A stretch of 64,000 bases of DNA from Candidatus Poribacteria bacterium (GTDB lineage: Bacteria; Poribacteria; WGA-4E; WGA-3G): the NCBI GenBank assembly GCA_965215265.1, contig OZ244048.1:1984001-2048000 (forward strand). Direction: 5' to 3'. The notes below the pieces were generated by a model. The model had not been told where the DNA came from. It saw only the letters and a program-made list of their open reading frames with translations, and did no database searches. Made by a program: the position numbers and the translations under genes. This document shows, piece after piece, positions 39,718 to 49,062 of this stretch (the first letter of the stretch is position 1; every line of letters starts with the position of its first letter).

Positions 39718-40500
39718 GTGGTGAAGAAATTGATTGATCGGAGATTGTTTCAGAGGAAATTCCTACTTCATCTTCTTAGCAACACTTATATTCTCCTCCC
39801 TTTTGCTGCCGGAGGCTCCATCGCTTTTGCAGCCTGGGTATTCAATTTAGAACCGAAGGCACTCTATCTATTCGGTAGTGCGATTCTCAGCATCTTGGTG
39901 CCTATCGGGACCCTAATTAGCAAGTGGGCAACCGGAACAGAAGATATAGCGAAACAGGTTCACAGTGAGATCCTTCACGAAGTTCATCAAAAGCGAGAAG
40001 CAGAACTAAATAACTTACATCAACAACTTGAAGCTGATGGAGATGCCCGAACAGAAACGATGCTTGACGAACTTCGTGCTTTGCATAAATCCTTTCAAGA
40101 AGAAGCGGGGGGCGATGGTTGGTTGGGTGCCCTCCCTATTAGTGTTAGCGCTGATATTACCGATAAGGTTTCTGAACTCTTTACACAAGCAGTAGAGTGT
40201 TTGAAAGACACACTTAAGATGCATCAGAAATTAAGGAATACGCAATTGGCAACTGTCAAAAATGTGCTTCAACAATATCGCGAACAACGGATTGAAGATG
40301 TTCAGCAGACGATTGTTCAATTATCACACCTCTACACCCGGGTACTAACGTTCAATCCTGAAAGCAATGACACAGAGCTGACACGTCTCCGGTCCGAACT
40401 CGACGAAAGCCTCAGTTTTGCCAAACAGGTCGATGCAAAGATACGTGAGTTAACACCACTACATAATAATGATGTACACCAAACAGAAGATCCGAAATAA
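39718..40500 (+). CDS. Hypothetical protein, 2 TM + alpha-helical domain
   Basis: 260 aa ORF; two N-terminal hydrophobic segments, coiled-coil-like remainder. Confidence 0.75.
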   Translation: MVKKLIDRRLFQRKFLLHLLSNTYILLPFAAGGSIAFAAWVFNLEPKALYLFGSAILSILVPIGTLISKWATGTEDIAKQVHSEILHEVHQKREAELNNLHQQLEADGDARTETMLDELRALHKSFQEEAGGDGWLGALPISVSADITDKVSELFTQAVECLKDTLKMHQKLRNTQLATVKNVLQQYREQRIEDVQQTIVQLSHLYTRVLTFNPESNDTELTRLRSELDESLSFAKQVDAKIRELTPLHNNDVHQTEDPK

Positions 40501-40507
40501 CAGATAC

Positions 40508-40872
40508 TTTGTATGCTGCAGCCCATCAACGCCTTATGCTTTCATAAAAACTGTGTCAAATCTCGTCAGAGCCGTTTATGTTTAGATTTTAAAGACTATA
40601 CCTAAGTAGTCTCCGATCTATAGATGGCAGGTATAAGGTTATCTTGTCCCAGTGGGTGGCGAGTAAAAGGTAGCAAAGCGTGTCCTGAAGGACACGACTT
40701 TCTACCTATCTCGCCACTGTCCTTCAGGACAGACAAAGAATACCTAACCTGCCACGAGATTTGTGCTAAGGTTTACATCATATAGATTGGTGTTGTACTG
40801 CAGTAGACGAAAAAACGAGATTTATAGTGGGTTGAACAATGCATCAGCCTTGTTTGGGCTCCTGTAGACAGA
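40508..40872. repeat. Long palindromic repeat family II, copy 2 (family I elements in its centre)
   Basis: Minus-strand arm 40508-40581; two tandem plus-strand arms 40754-40872. Confidence 0.7.
40625..40755. repeat. Palindromic repeat family I, nested copies
   Basis: Inner CCCAGTGGGTGGCGAG...GTGTCCTGAAGGACAC...CTCGCCACT inside outer TGGCAGG...CCTGCCA. Confidence 0.75.
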
Positions 40873-40887
40873 GAAACAAAGAAAAGG

Positions 40888-42696
40888 ATGATAGTTATGA
40901 CACTCTACACATGGCACTACGACAACATCCCGAGCAGCTGGGAATCTATTTTAGAGCGTCTAAAGAAATTTGAAGTACTCGCACAGCAAATCAATGAAAG
41001 AAAAAAGAAGCAGGAAATCGATTCAACCGAAATGCTTAAAAACTTCTATACACATCATAACGAATTGGTGGCGGATACGTACGCGAACTTGCAACACGCG
41101 CAGCTGCACTGTGATGAGACGACTTTAGATACTGCCTTTGTTGAAGCTGTCTGGCTGTCTCTTGAGCACTATCCGGCACTTGTACATCATCCACAGATTG
41201 AGAATTTAGACACAGCCGGTTCTAAAACCTTCACCTTCTTTACACCGGATGCGCCAGCGGCTCCTGACAAACGAGAGCAACTAAAAATAGAACTTCAGCA
41301 GGCATTTAATCTGGATCCGGAAACAGTGGAGGAGCTAACCCGGCAGCTTTATATCCGGACGAGCCCCCTCCGTTATCGGCATCAAATTATGCGGAGTTTA
41401 GAGACGAGCTTCAATCTCATGGCTGCTAACCCGAAACTGGATGTAGCTATCCTACAACTTTTTAGGTCATTATATCCCGGTGCTCCGTTTGAGACAGGCG
41501 AAGTAAAGTTAGTCAAAACGTCTTCCGTGCTCTATTTTTGCTTCCCTACTGAGGCATGGGAAAACGCAGAGGAGCCCAATATCTCTACAGACGAACAGCG
41601 TGAAGAAAGCGAGACATCACAACGCCCACAGGCCTACCGGGAAAAATTTCTGAGAAAAATTTGGGAGGTAGAACCTTTTGCCCATTTTCCCGTGTTCGGA
41701 ACCTTTGACGCAGAAAATCTAGACTTAACCTTCCTTCAGAAAATTTCTGATGAAACTGGATTGCCTTTGGAACTAGTCACATCAACGCTGACGCGTATGA
41801 TAGGTGTCCTCCCTTTAGCTGAACTTGATAAATATCTAATTCACGATACTTGGGGACATCAGTGGCAGGAAAGTCTACTCGATTTTGAGGAACCGTATAC
41901 CGAATTGACTCTGTTTAAACGTCCCTTATCCCTAACTGAAACCGCTTCGGTCTTAGGAGAGCAGACTTCGTTCGCTGCCACATTCGTCAAAACTGAGGCC
42001 GGGACAATAGAACTTGACCCGGTCAAACTACAGCAATTCATCGATGCAGAATTATACGAACGCGCAATCATTGCTTTTACACCTATTCTCGCTGAAATCT
42101 TGGCGGATGTGGTAGAATATAAGTTCCTAAAATTACACCCGAGTCAGGAACACCTGCTGCCGAGTTCTTCGTTACTCAAAGCGTTTCCTAGCAAATTGGA
42201 TTTGACACTTGCAGATTTGCGTACTTGCTTTGTCCATGCCTCCGAAGTCTTCCAAAACTGGGTCGCTTCTGAATCAACACAACAGCAATTACATAACGAA
42301 ATTTGCGAAAAACTCGAAATTCCAAACGACGCAATAAAACACCAGGAACTCTCACAAGTCCTCAGCACCGCGGTCCGACTCTGTAAGGAGCAGCTTCACG
42401 CTTTCTATCAACCGGAATGGACTTGGGAAAAAAGCGAAGCCGGTTATTTGAAACTGAATGCATTTAGCTTCGCAGCACTGAACTTTCTCCGACTTCACAC
42501 CGCGCTTATCCAGACATACAAAGACCTCTCACATATCGAGACATCTTATGATTTCAAAGATATTCTGGTATTGGCGATAGGCACCTTCTTTGAAAGAAAT
42601 CCACAGCAGAATATTTGGCAACTCGACAGTTTTTTAACCCAAGCGTTTCTCCCACGTTGGGAAAAATTGGCTGCAGCGGGCTGTACAGCGTGTTAA
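40888..42696 (+). CDS. Hypothetical 602-aa protein with HDxxGHxxQE motif
   Basis: Long ORF, helical composition, YLIHDTWGHQWQE. Confidence 0.8.
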   Translation: MIVMTLYTWHYDNIPSSWESILERLKKFEVLAQQINERKKKQEIDSTEMLKNFYTHHNELVADTYANLQHAQLHCDETTLDTAFVEAVWLSLEHYPALVHHPQIENLDTAGSKTFTFFTPDAPAAPDKREQLKIELQQAFNLDPETVEELTRQLYIRTSPLRYRHQIMRSLETSFNLMAANPKLDVAILQLFRSLYPGAPFETGEVKLVKTSSVLYFCFPTEAWENAEEPNISTDEQREESETSQRPQAYREKFLRKIWEVEPFAHFPVFGTFDAENLDLTFLQKISDETGLPLELVTSTLTRMIGVLPLAELDKYLIHDTWGHQWQESLLDFEEPYTELTLFKRPLSLTETASVLGEQTSFAATFVKTEAGTIELDPVKLQQFIDAELYERAIIAFTPILAEILADVVEYKFLKLHPSQEHLLPSSSLLKAFPSKLDLTLADLRTCFVHASEVFQNWVASESTQQQLHNEICEKLEIPNDAIKHQELSQVLSTAVRLCKEQLHAFYQPEWTWEKSEAGYLKLNAFSFAALNFLRLHTALIQTYKDLSHIETSYDFKDILVLAIGTFFERNPQQNIWQLDSFLTQAFLPRWEKLAAAGCTAC

Positions 42697-42697
42697 A

Positions 42698-42985
42698 CTG
42701 GGAGCCCTCCGATGCTATGATTCATAGCATAGATAACCTCCGACGAGATTTACACACGAATCAGCAAAGCATCAGCGATGATGGTGATGATGGTACTGAA
42801 ATATACGAAAAAGCATCAGGCGGTAATGGGCTCTTGTATACGAAAATATGAATCTAAACAGAACAGAGAGAGGATTTGGGTGGGCGGGCGACGAGATTTA
42901 CACATGAGCCATCAAAGCATCAGCAATGATGGTACGGAGATAGACGAAAACACATCAGTCTTGTTTGGGCTCCTGTAGACAGAAA
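42698..42985. repeat. Family II repeat arms, tandem plus-strand copies
   Basis: ATGCTATGATTCATAGCAT centre followed by two CGACGAGATTTACACA...AAAGCATCAG arms, each with a doubled terminal subunit. Confidence 0.7.
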
Positions 42986-42998
42986 AGAGATTCGCAAG

Positions 42999-44240
42999 TC
43001 AGACGAACTGCGGGAGAATCTTCTCGCGGAGCCGTTCATACGTGAGCATAGCACCGACAATGTTGCCTGCCGCAGGACCGAGCTGAAGTTGTGCGATAAC
43101 ACCGGAACCGAACAGATTCTCAATAGGATGGAGTTGTAAACTGTCATCAAGTTGAGGGAACCCCCATGGGAGTGGAATCCGGTGTTGCTCGATCAGTTCT
43201 GCTAAAAAAGGATAACGGCAGAGGTTGAATTGATACCCCGTTGCAAGGATAATACGTGAGATGTCATGAAGGGTACCGTGCGTCATCTCAATGTCGAGGC
43301 GTAGCTTGTTTGCGAGGGCAATGCTTGCATTGAAATGCTTTCTGTGCCGACAAGCCTTGATGTTTTGAATCTTCGTTGCAGGATAGAACTCAACGTTTCG
43401 CTGACTCTGTAACGTCTCAGCAATATCCGGTGTGATGCTACCTTCCCCTCTGGCGTGCTGAATCATGTTATAACGTTGTGTCCAGTCCTTTTCTTCTGCG
43501 AATTCAGCGAGACGTTTTGGCCCTACCCACACCGGTGGAAAATCAAACTGTTCTACACGCAAATCTGAGCGAGCAATTAAAGCAACCTTCACTCCGCATT
43601 CGCTTAGCGTTCGTGCCAAGGTTCCGGCCGTCAGTCCGCCTCCAATGATTGCAACCTTTCGGTCTTCGTCGGAGGCTTTATAGTGTGAGGCGTGTATAAT
43701 CTGATCGGGAAAACGCCGTTGCCAGACAGCAAATTCAGGCGGGACATAAAAACAGTCCTCTGTACCGATGGCGAGAATAATACAACGGCTCCGAAACCCT
43801 TCATGCTGTGTAGAAATCAAGCGGAACGGAAAACTGCCCGCACCTTTATCCCACCGCAATTTCGCCACGTCAAATTGATAATAGAGACTATGTACTGAAA
43901 ACTCTGCTATCGCCTCGTTGCAAAAATCCCAGAAGAGTTGTGTTGACGGTTGCGAGTAGGGTGGTGCCAATTCATCAGTGCGGTTGTGACGTTCTGCATA
44001 CTCCACGATACCTAAAGCATCTGGCGTGATGTGATGGACGGCAGGTGAGCGGAGGAACGTCATGCCTTGGCGTTCAGTTTTGTACTGCCAGGCTGTGAGC
44101 GGATGCGGATGCCGGTCGACAATCGCAAGGTGGCTGGCTGCTTCCGGCATGTCACGCAGTATCCGTAACGCGATCGAGATACCGTGTATGCCACCGCCAA
44201 TGATTGTTACGCGGATATTCCGATGGGCAAGGGTTTTCAT
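42999..44240 (-). CDS. FAD/NAD(P)-binding oxidoreductase (N-hydroxylase-like fold)
   Basis: IIGGGIHG, FLRSP, IIGGGLTA, LATGY. Confidence 0.85.
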   Translation of the reverse strand: MKTLAHRNIRVTIIGGGIHGISIALRILRDMPEAASHLAIVDRHPHPLTAWQYKTERQGMTFLRSPAVHHITPDALGIVEYAERHNRTDELAPPYSQPSTQLFWDFCNEAIAEFSVHSLYYQFDVAKLRWDKGAGSFPFRLISTQHEGFRSRCIILAIGTEDCFYVPPEFAVWQRRFPDQIIHASHYKASDEDRKVAIIGGGLTAGTLARTLSECGVKVALIARSDLRVEQFDFPPVWVGPKRLAEFAEEKDWTQRYNMIQHARGEGSITPDIAETLQSQRNVEFYPATKIQNIKACRHRKHFNASIALANKLRLDIEMTHGTLHDISRIILATGYQFNLCRYPFLAELIEQHRIPLPWGFPQLDDSLQLHPIENLFGSGVIAQLQLGPAAGNIVGAMLTYERLREKILPQFV

Positions 44241-44241
44241 G

Positions 44242-45132
44242 TTAATCGGCGCTCGGTCCCGGTAGATGAAAGCTCTTCAACGCGAAGGTTTCTGTGAGTA
44301 GACTATCGGTAACGCGGAAACGGGTGTATCTATATTGGACAACTCCGATAGAAGGCGCAACCCAGTACTCTGCCGGGGGACCAATCACAAAAACAGACGG
44401 GTCGTCACTATCCCCATAGACCACCTCTTCGTAAACCACGTACGTGCTATAAGTGCCAGTTGGAACACGAATCGGCACATCTTTTTCAACCACAGTGCGT
44501 GTAACCTTGACTGGGGTTCCCACAGTTTTCTCAAAAACGACCCACTCCTTTCCGACTTCCAACGGGAAATCCCACAAGCGGCGCGCGGGCGCGTGCTTTT
44601 GGTGAAGTGTTGGGTTGGCTAAAATGAAGACATAAGCGTCGAACGCTGATTCTATCATGACTTCCGGCGTTTTGAAAAAGTATGTCGCGGAAATCGGAAA
44701 AGGGAAGACATCGTAAAATTCCGAATCTATGCGGAGGTAATATGCATTCGCAGCTAAATGATCTACGACATCGCGTGGCACTGAGTCTGGTTCAACAGGG
44801 CTGAGTTCACTGATGCTCATCTGTCGATGTGTCGTACCGCCGATGTCCCGTGTCCCTTCAATGCGGACAGTGAATTCCTGATCGGTGTCCACGTTGACGT
44901 AAGTCCAAGCGGTGCCGGTATTAGTGGGGAAATCGATTGCATGAAAGCCTCTGGTATCGGGCGGTGGCAATTTGGTTTCGCCGTGCGGATCCAGGAGCCC
45001 TTCGTCGCCGCAACCTATCAGGCAGCATAAGATAACGCACCCCGCCAAAAGTCCTCTGGCGACGGAAGTATAGGATGCTTTGCATCCTGCAGCTTTAATC
45101 GACGAAAAAAGTGAATAGTATGCTATCATCAT
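44242..45132 (-). CDS. Hypothetical lipoprotein (start uncertain)
   Basis: Lipobox LIGC; FPTNTGTAWTY, FPLEVGKEW, VPTGTY, YWVAPSIGVV segments; ORF-track start overlaps the upstream gene. Confidence 0.7.
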   Translation of the reverse strand: MMIAYYSLFSSIKAAGCKASYTSVARGLLAGCVILCCLIGCGDEGLLDPHGETKLPPPDTRGFHAIDFPTNTGTAWTYVNVDTDQEFTVRIEGTRDIGGTTHRQMSISELSPVEPDSVPRDVVDHLAANAYYLRIDSEFYDVFPFPISATYFFKTPEVMIESAFDAYVFILANPTLHQKHAPARRLWDFPLEVGKEWVVFEKTVGTPVKVTRTVVEKDVPIRVPTGTYSTYVVYEEVVYGDSDDPSVFVIGPPAEYWVAPSIGVVQYRYTRFRVTDSLLTETFALKSFHLPGPSAD

Positions 45133-45206
45133 TGCATAAGAAGGCTCTGGCGAGATGTACACAAGCATTAACAATACATCAGCAGTTGATGGGCTGAAAT
45201 ATACAA
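45119..45206 (+). repeat. Family II repeat arm
   Basis: Aligns without gaps to 39632-39706 (GCATAAGA.GGCTCTGGCGAG...GGGCTGAAATATAC). Confidence 0.7.
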
Positions 45207-45235
45207 GAGAATCATTTTTTAAATGAGCCGCTGCC

Positions 45236-47860
45236 CTAATGTATGACGCAGAATTTGCCGGTGGTTTGGAACCCCTTTCCATCGGTCGCCCGGAAGAAGT
45301 ACAGCCCCGTACAAACCATCTCCCCACGTTGATTTGTACAATCCCAATGTGATGCGGAATTGAGAATTTTGATGAGTCTACCGTTGGCATCGTAGATATG
45401 CACAGTGAGTCCTTTTGGATAAAATTCGAGATGCTTACCTTGCCCAGCATAAAGGGGGTTAGGCGCGACCATGACTTTCTGCATTGGGGTGGAAGCTACA
45501 TAGTTGAAGGTCTGGCCATTCCAAATCCGAGTGCCGGTGGTACCTGCCAGCGTTTGTCCTCGAATCCGATAGGTATAAGTGCCAATAGGCGGAAACCCTA
45601 CCGTTCTGAGCATGCCTATCCACTTGTCGGAGTGCGCCGCTGCCGACATGTCCTCACGTGTCAATGTAATTGTATAGTGATGCCCGTTAGGGGATTCGAC
45701 AGTGAGGAGGGGTGTGCTTTGCAGTCGATGTGTGCTAAGTACTGCAATCTGCCATTCCCCAATGGCGCGAGACTGCGTTTCAATGAAAAACGTTGGTGCT
45801 GCGTTTGCTTCAGCAAACGCCGGCGTAATACTATCTGTCACCAGGCTTGGTGTGCCCATAATACCTATTGCGTCAATGGGGACAACGGCGTAGTAATAGT
45901 GGACGTTGCTTGGCTCAAACGAGGGGCTGTTGACATCCACATCCTGAAAGAGGGTGGTATCCTCAAATCGGGTTTGGTTCACCTGCACGCGTCCGACTAC
46001 GGTGATATCGTCCTCTGCGATTCCGTTTTCATCCCGGTCTGCGGCCCCAAGCACATCCTCCTTGCTCTGAAAAGGTTGTGGCGTATCGGTTTCGTTTTCG
46101 AGCACGTAGCGTTTCCGCACGAGCGCCACTTCGTGAATGTTTGTCGGATTGTCAACGTTCCATGTCACTATAGCACTGTTGCTTCCTTGAGAGACCTGGG
46201 CATTTGAGAGGCTGCCCGTTGGCGGTGGACCCGCCATATAACTGACAGAACCGCCAAAACTGCCACCCGGCCTGATAACTCGTTCAACATCAGGATGCAT
46301 GTTAATCAGGATGAGGGTGATTTCCTGAATCTCGCCGCCAAAATCCTTGAACGTTATTTGTGCTTCTTGCGACCGTTGATAGGTGAATGCTTCTCTGATT
46401 TCGGTGGTCCCATCTCTTTTCCTGATGATAAATTTCGCCGCCCATCCACGTAAACCGGTAAACGTATGTCGATCGAGTTCTGCCTGAATATCGCGCTGTT
46501 CATCACGTGTTAGCAGAGTCATGTCTATCGGTGCAAGATCAGCACCGTCAATTTTAACAGCGAATTCTGACATGATGCCTGCCGGTTTGAATACGACGTA
46601 CCGAGCAGAGAAGTGTTCCGGCATTGATTCTGAATCAAAATCGGTGCGGACAGGATAGACACTGTGGACATCGTTTGGGTGAATTGCCACGGGGGGGAAC
46701 CGATGTGCATTGTAGTAGGTGCCCCCATTGGTGCGGAGGCCGGCACGCGCGTGCGTAAAATAATTCCACACCGTAAACGTTTTAAACGCCTCGGCGAGGT
46801 TGGTTCCGCTGTTGGTGAACACATCGTAGAAATTGCCCATTTCTCGGTAGCTGCCATCGGTGGTGTCTTGATAAAGCTGCCGAACGATGTCGTATCCGAA
46901 CCGTTCTGTCATGTACAACGTCCAGATAACGGAGCCGTATTCGTGGTCGCCGATGCGGCTTTCTAGTGATATGTCCGGGCTGAGGAACCACCGACGGAGT
47001 TGGTGTATATAGTAATTGTAGGAGTCGGTTTCGTTGGGTTCATCCGGGTCGGGTATGTTATCGCCGTCGTCAATGCGCCCCCCATCATAAGTCATAATTT
47101 CTATCCACGTTGCGGAAGCTTCCATGAACCAGATCGGCATAGAGGCGTTATAGGCGAACTGGATCCCGTGGAGGAATTCGTGTGCACAAGTTGTTTCAAT
47201 GTAGCGTCTACCTTCCGATTTTCCGACATAGTCGTAGATACGCGAGTTTATCATGAAGTACGGTGCGACTGTGAGCGCGGTAGACAGCACACGTCCTTCG
47301 AACCAATCAGCTGTCGTAATGCCAAGTGCAGGGAAGGTAAATAGGTAGACATCGTACTTGTGATTGCCCCCGTTCTGCATTGCCCAAAAATCTATATAGG
47401 GTACCTTAAATCCCATCAAATCTATTTGGATGCGGTATGAACGTTCCATGGCATCTGCACAAATATCGACATAATCAGGGACACCGTTGCGCGGGTGAAA
47501 ATCCTCAAGTGGCGGCGCTTGCGGCCCGGTGCGTGTGTAGTGAAATCTAAAGTGCGGCGTGTTAAACTGTTCAGGCAGCTCGATTTCTCCGAACAGGCTG
47601 CCGGGCAGTCCAGGGCGCAAGAACATTCCTTTGAGTTTCTGCCGGTGTATTGAGGGGATATGCTGCCAATTCTTGGCAAGGGTGACAAAGGTATCGGTTG
47701 CACATTCCGTGATTTCGCTTGCCGTGTATCTCGGTTTGAGATTGCTAAACTGCAGGGCAGTTTGGAGTGCGCCTTGGAGTTCTGGGTCCGGCGGCAGTGC
47801 GAAGGTAGCGGATATGTATGCTGTAAATAACGCGATAATGAGTATTGGTGACAGTTTCAT
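45236..47860 (-). CDS. Secreted zincin-like metalloprotease (MXAN_6640-like) with C-terminal FlgD-Ig/CTD-like domain
   Basis: Signal peptide; HFRFHY, NGVPDYV, AHEFLH, WFMEASATW; C-terminal PNP...IYDANGRLI...WD...GLYF. Confidence 0.8.
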   Translation of the reverse strand: MKLSPILIIALFTAYISATFALPPDPELQGALQTALQFSNLKPRYTASEITECATDTFVTLAKNWQHIPSIHRQKLKGMFLRPGLPGSLFGEIELPEQFNTPHFRFHYTRTGPQAPPLEDFHPRNGVPDYVDICADAMERSYRIQIDLMGFKVPYIDFWAMQNGGNHKYDVYLFTFPALGITTADWFEGRVLSTALTVAPYFMINSRIYDYVGKSEGRRYIETTCAHEFLHGIQFAYNASMPIWFMEASATWIEIMTYDGGRIDDGDNIPDPDEPNETDSYNYYIHQLRRWFLSPDISLESRIGDHEYGSVIWTLYMTERFGYDIVRQLYQDTTDGSYREMGNFYDVFTNSGTNLAEAFKTFTVWNYFTHARAGLRTNGGTYYNAHRFPPVAIHPNDVHSVYPVRTDFDSESMPEHFSARYVVFKPAGIMSEFAVKIDGADLAPIDMTLLTRDEQRDIQAELDRHTFTGLRGWAAKFIIRKRDGTTEIREAFTYQRSQEAQITFKDFGGEIQEITLILINMHPDVERVIRPGGSFGGSVSYMAGPPPTGSLSNAQVSQGSNSAIVTWNVDNPTNIHEVALVRKRYVLENETDTPQPFQSKEDVLGAADRDENGIAEDDITVVGRVQVNQTRFEDTTLFQDVDVNSPSFEPSNVHYYYAVVPIDAIGIMGTPSLVTDSITPAFAEANAAPTFFIETQSRAIGEWQIAVLSTHRLQSTPLLTVESPNGHHYTITLTREDMSAAAHSDKWIGMLRTVGFPPIGTYTYRIRGQTLAGTTGTRIWNGQTFNYVASTPMQKVMVAPNPLYAGQGKHLEFYPKGLTVHIYDANGRLIKILNSASHWDCTNQRGEMVCTGLYFFRATDGKGFQTTGKFCVIH

Positions 47861-48075
47861 TTTTTTGTTCTTGGGTTTTGCTCGATTTGTGTTGCAATAT
47901 GCACAGTCTTAAGCGAAATAAGTCGGTTTTCCATCAAGGCTAGAGTTTCTGCCATCAGCGGTGCGGTTACGGTTGAACAAAGAAAATCTTTTGGTTTTCA
48001 ATAAATTGTTGTAGTTTTTGAGATATTCCGTTGTACAGTTTTGCAATGCGATTGATTTTTCCGTTGTTATATGTT

Positions 48076-48101
48076 GAGGGCGGGCATGAACCCGCCCTTA
48101 C
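48076..48101. repeat. REP-like hairpin / possible terminator
   Basis: agggcggg-catgaa-cccgccct just after the LamG gene stop. Confidence 0.5.
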
Positions 48102-48110
48102 CACTAAACA

Positions 48111-48893
48111 TTACTGCCTTTTGATGGCACCCCACGTTAGGGCAAGTTTTTTGCGCGCTTCAACTGCGAAAGCGATTGTAAAATTGTCCTGAACCTCTTT
48201 TTCGTCCAAGGCGCGATTGTAGACAGCGACATCGTCAATCTCGCCCTCAAAATAGAAGGGTTTGATAAAGGCGTTGCGGTCATGCCCAACGGCTACGACG
48301 ACGTGGCTACGTGTGTCACGGCTGTTTATTTTTCCATCGGCTTCTGCATCCGGTTCACCGTTGAGGTAGAGGACCTTTTTCTCGTTATCTCCATCTGCGA
48401 CAAATGTGATGTGTACCCATTCGCCTTCGGTGATAGGCGTTGTAGTTTTGAAGATGCCGAATCCGTCTCCATTTCTTTGGGTTTGCACTGTGCCATCAGC
48501 CAAGAGTTCTAGCCATGAATCGCCTCCCCCTTGCGGGTCATCGTCCCAGATGATAACTTTGGGCCCCTCGGGTAAGGCAGCTACATTAATCCACATAGCA
48601 TAGGTAACATTTTGTCCTTCTGTAGCTGCTCCGATAACGACATAATCTTCCTTGCCGTTGAAGTTGAGTGCTTCGCCGACGATACCTTCTACAATTTTGG
48701 GAGCCCCCTTAATCTCACCGTCATGTTCACCGAGGGCATCTTTTGCTATCTTCGCGTCGGTATCGGCTTTATCAAAAGTCCAGTGCCCTCCGAGTCCGTC
48801 TTCAACCGATTGTGCATGTGCTACCTTTGCATCTGCGGATGCAAAGACAACGCCTACTACGCAAAAGAGCGTAAAGCATAGATTGAATTTCAT
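48111..48893 (-). CDS. Secreted LamG/concanavalin A-like domain protein
   Basis: GHWTFD, GEALNFNG, WVHI, YLNG, FEGEIDDVAVYNRAL; tail AVEARKKLALTWGAIK. Confidence 0.9.
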   Translation of the reverse strand: MKFNLCFTLFCVVGVVFASADAKVAHAQSVEDGLGGHWTFDKADTDAKIAKDALGEHDGEIKGAPKIVEGIVGEALNFNGKEDYVVIGAATEGQNVTYAMWINVAALPEGPKVIIWDDDPQGGGDSWLELLADGTVQTQRNGDGFGIFKTTTPITEGEWVHITFVADGDNEKKVLYLNGEPDAEADGKINSRDTRSHVVVAVGHDRNAFIKPFYFEGEIDDVAVYNRALDEKEVQDNFTIAFAVEARKKLALTWGAIKRQ

Positions 48894-48988
48894 CGGTTTG
48901 CCTCCTGAATTGGTTGGTAATACCTTGAAGCGCTATGCGTTTTCGACACCGGCGGAATGTCATAAGTGCATTCAACCTGAAGTTAAAT

Positions 48989-49017
48989 ATTATACTGTTT
49001 TGTACGAGAATATGCAA
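48989..49017 (-). promoter_or_regulatory. sigma70-type promoter of LamG gene
   Basis: TTGCAT-17 bp-TATAAT. Confidence 0.6.
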
Positions 49018-49062
49018 TGAATTTCTCTATATCGGCTGGCAAGCCTCATCTATCAGATAAGG

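Noticed and set aside
39429-42985. CRISPR array or integron attC sites
   Set aside because: Repeats are degenerate, irregularly spaced and in both orientations; no GTTRRRY/RYYYAAC cores, cas genes or integrase
45398-46207. 269-aa plus-strand ORF
   Set aside because: Antisense shadow of the metalloprotease gene
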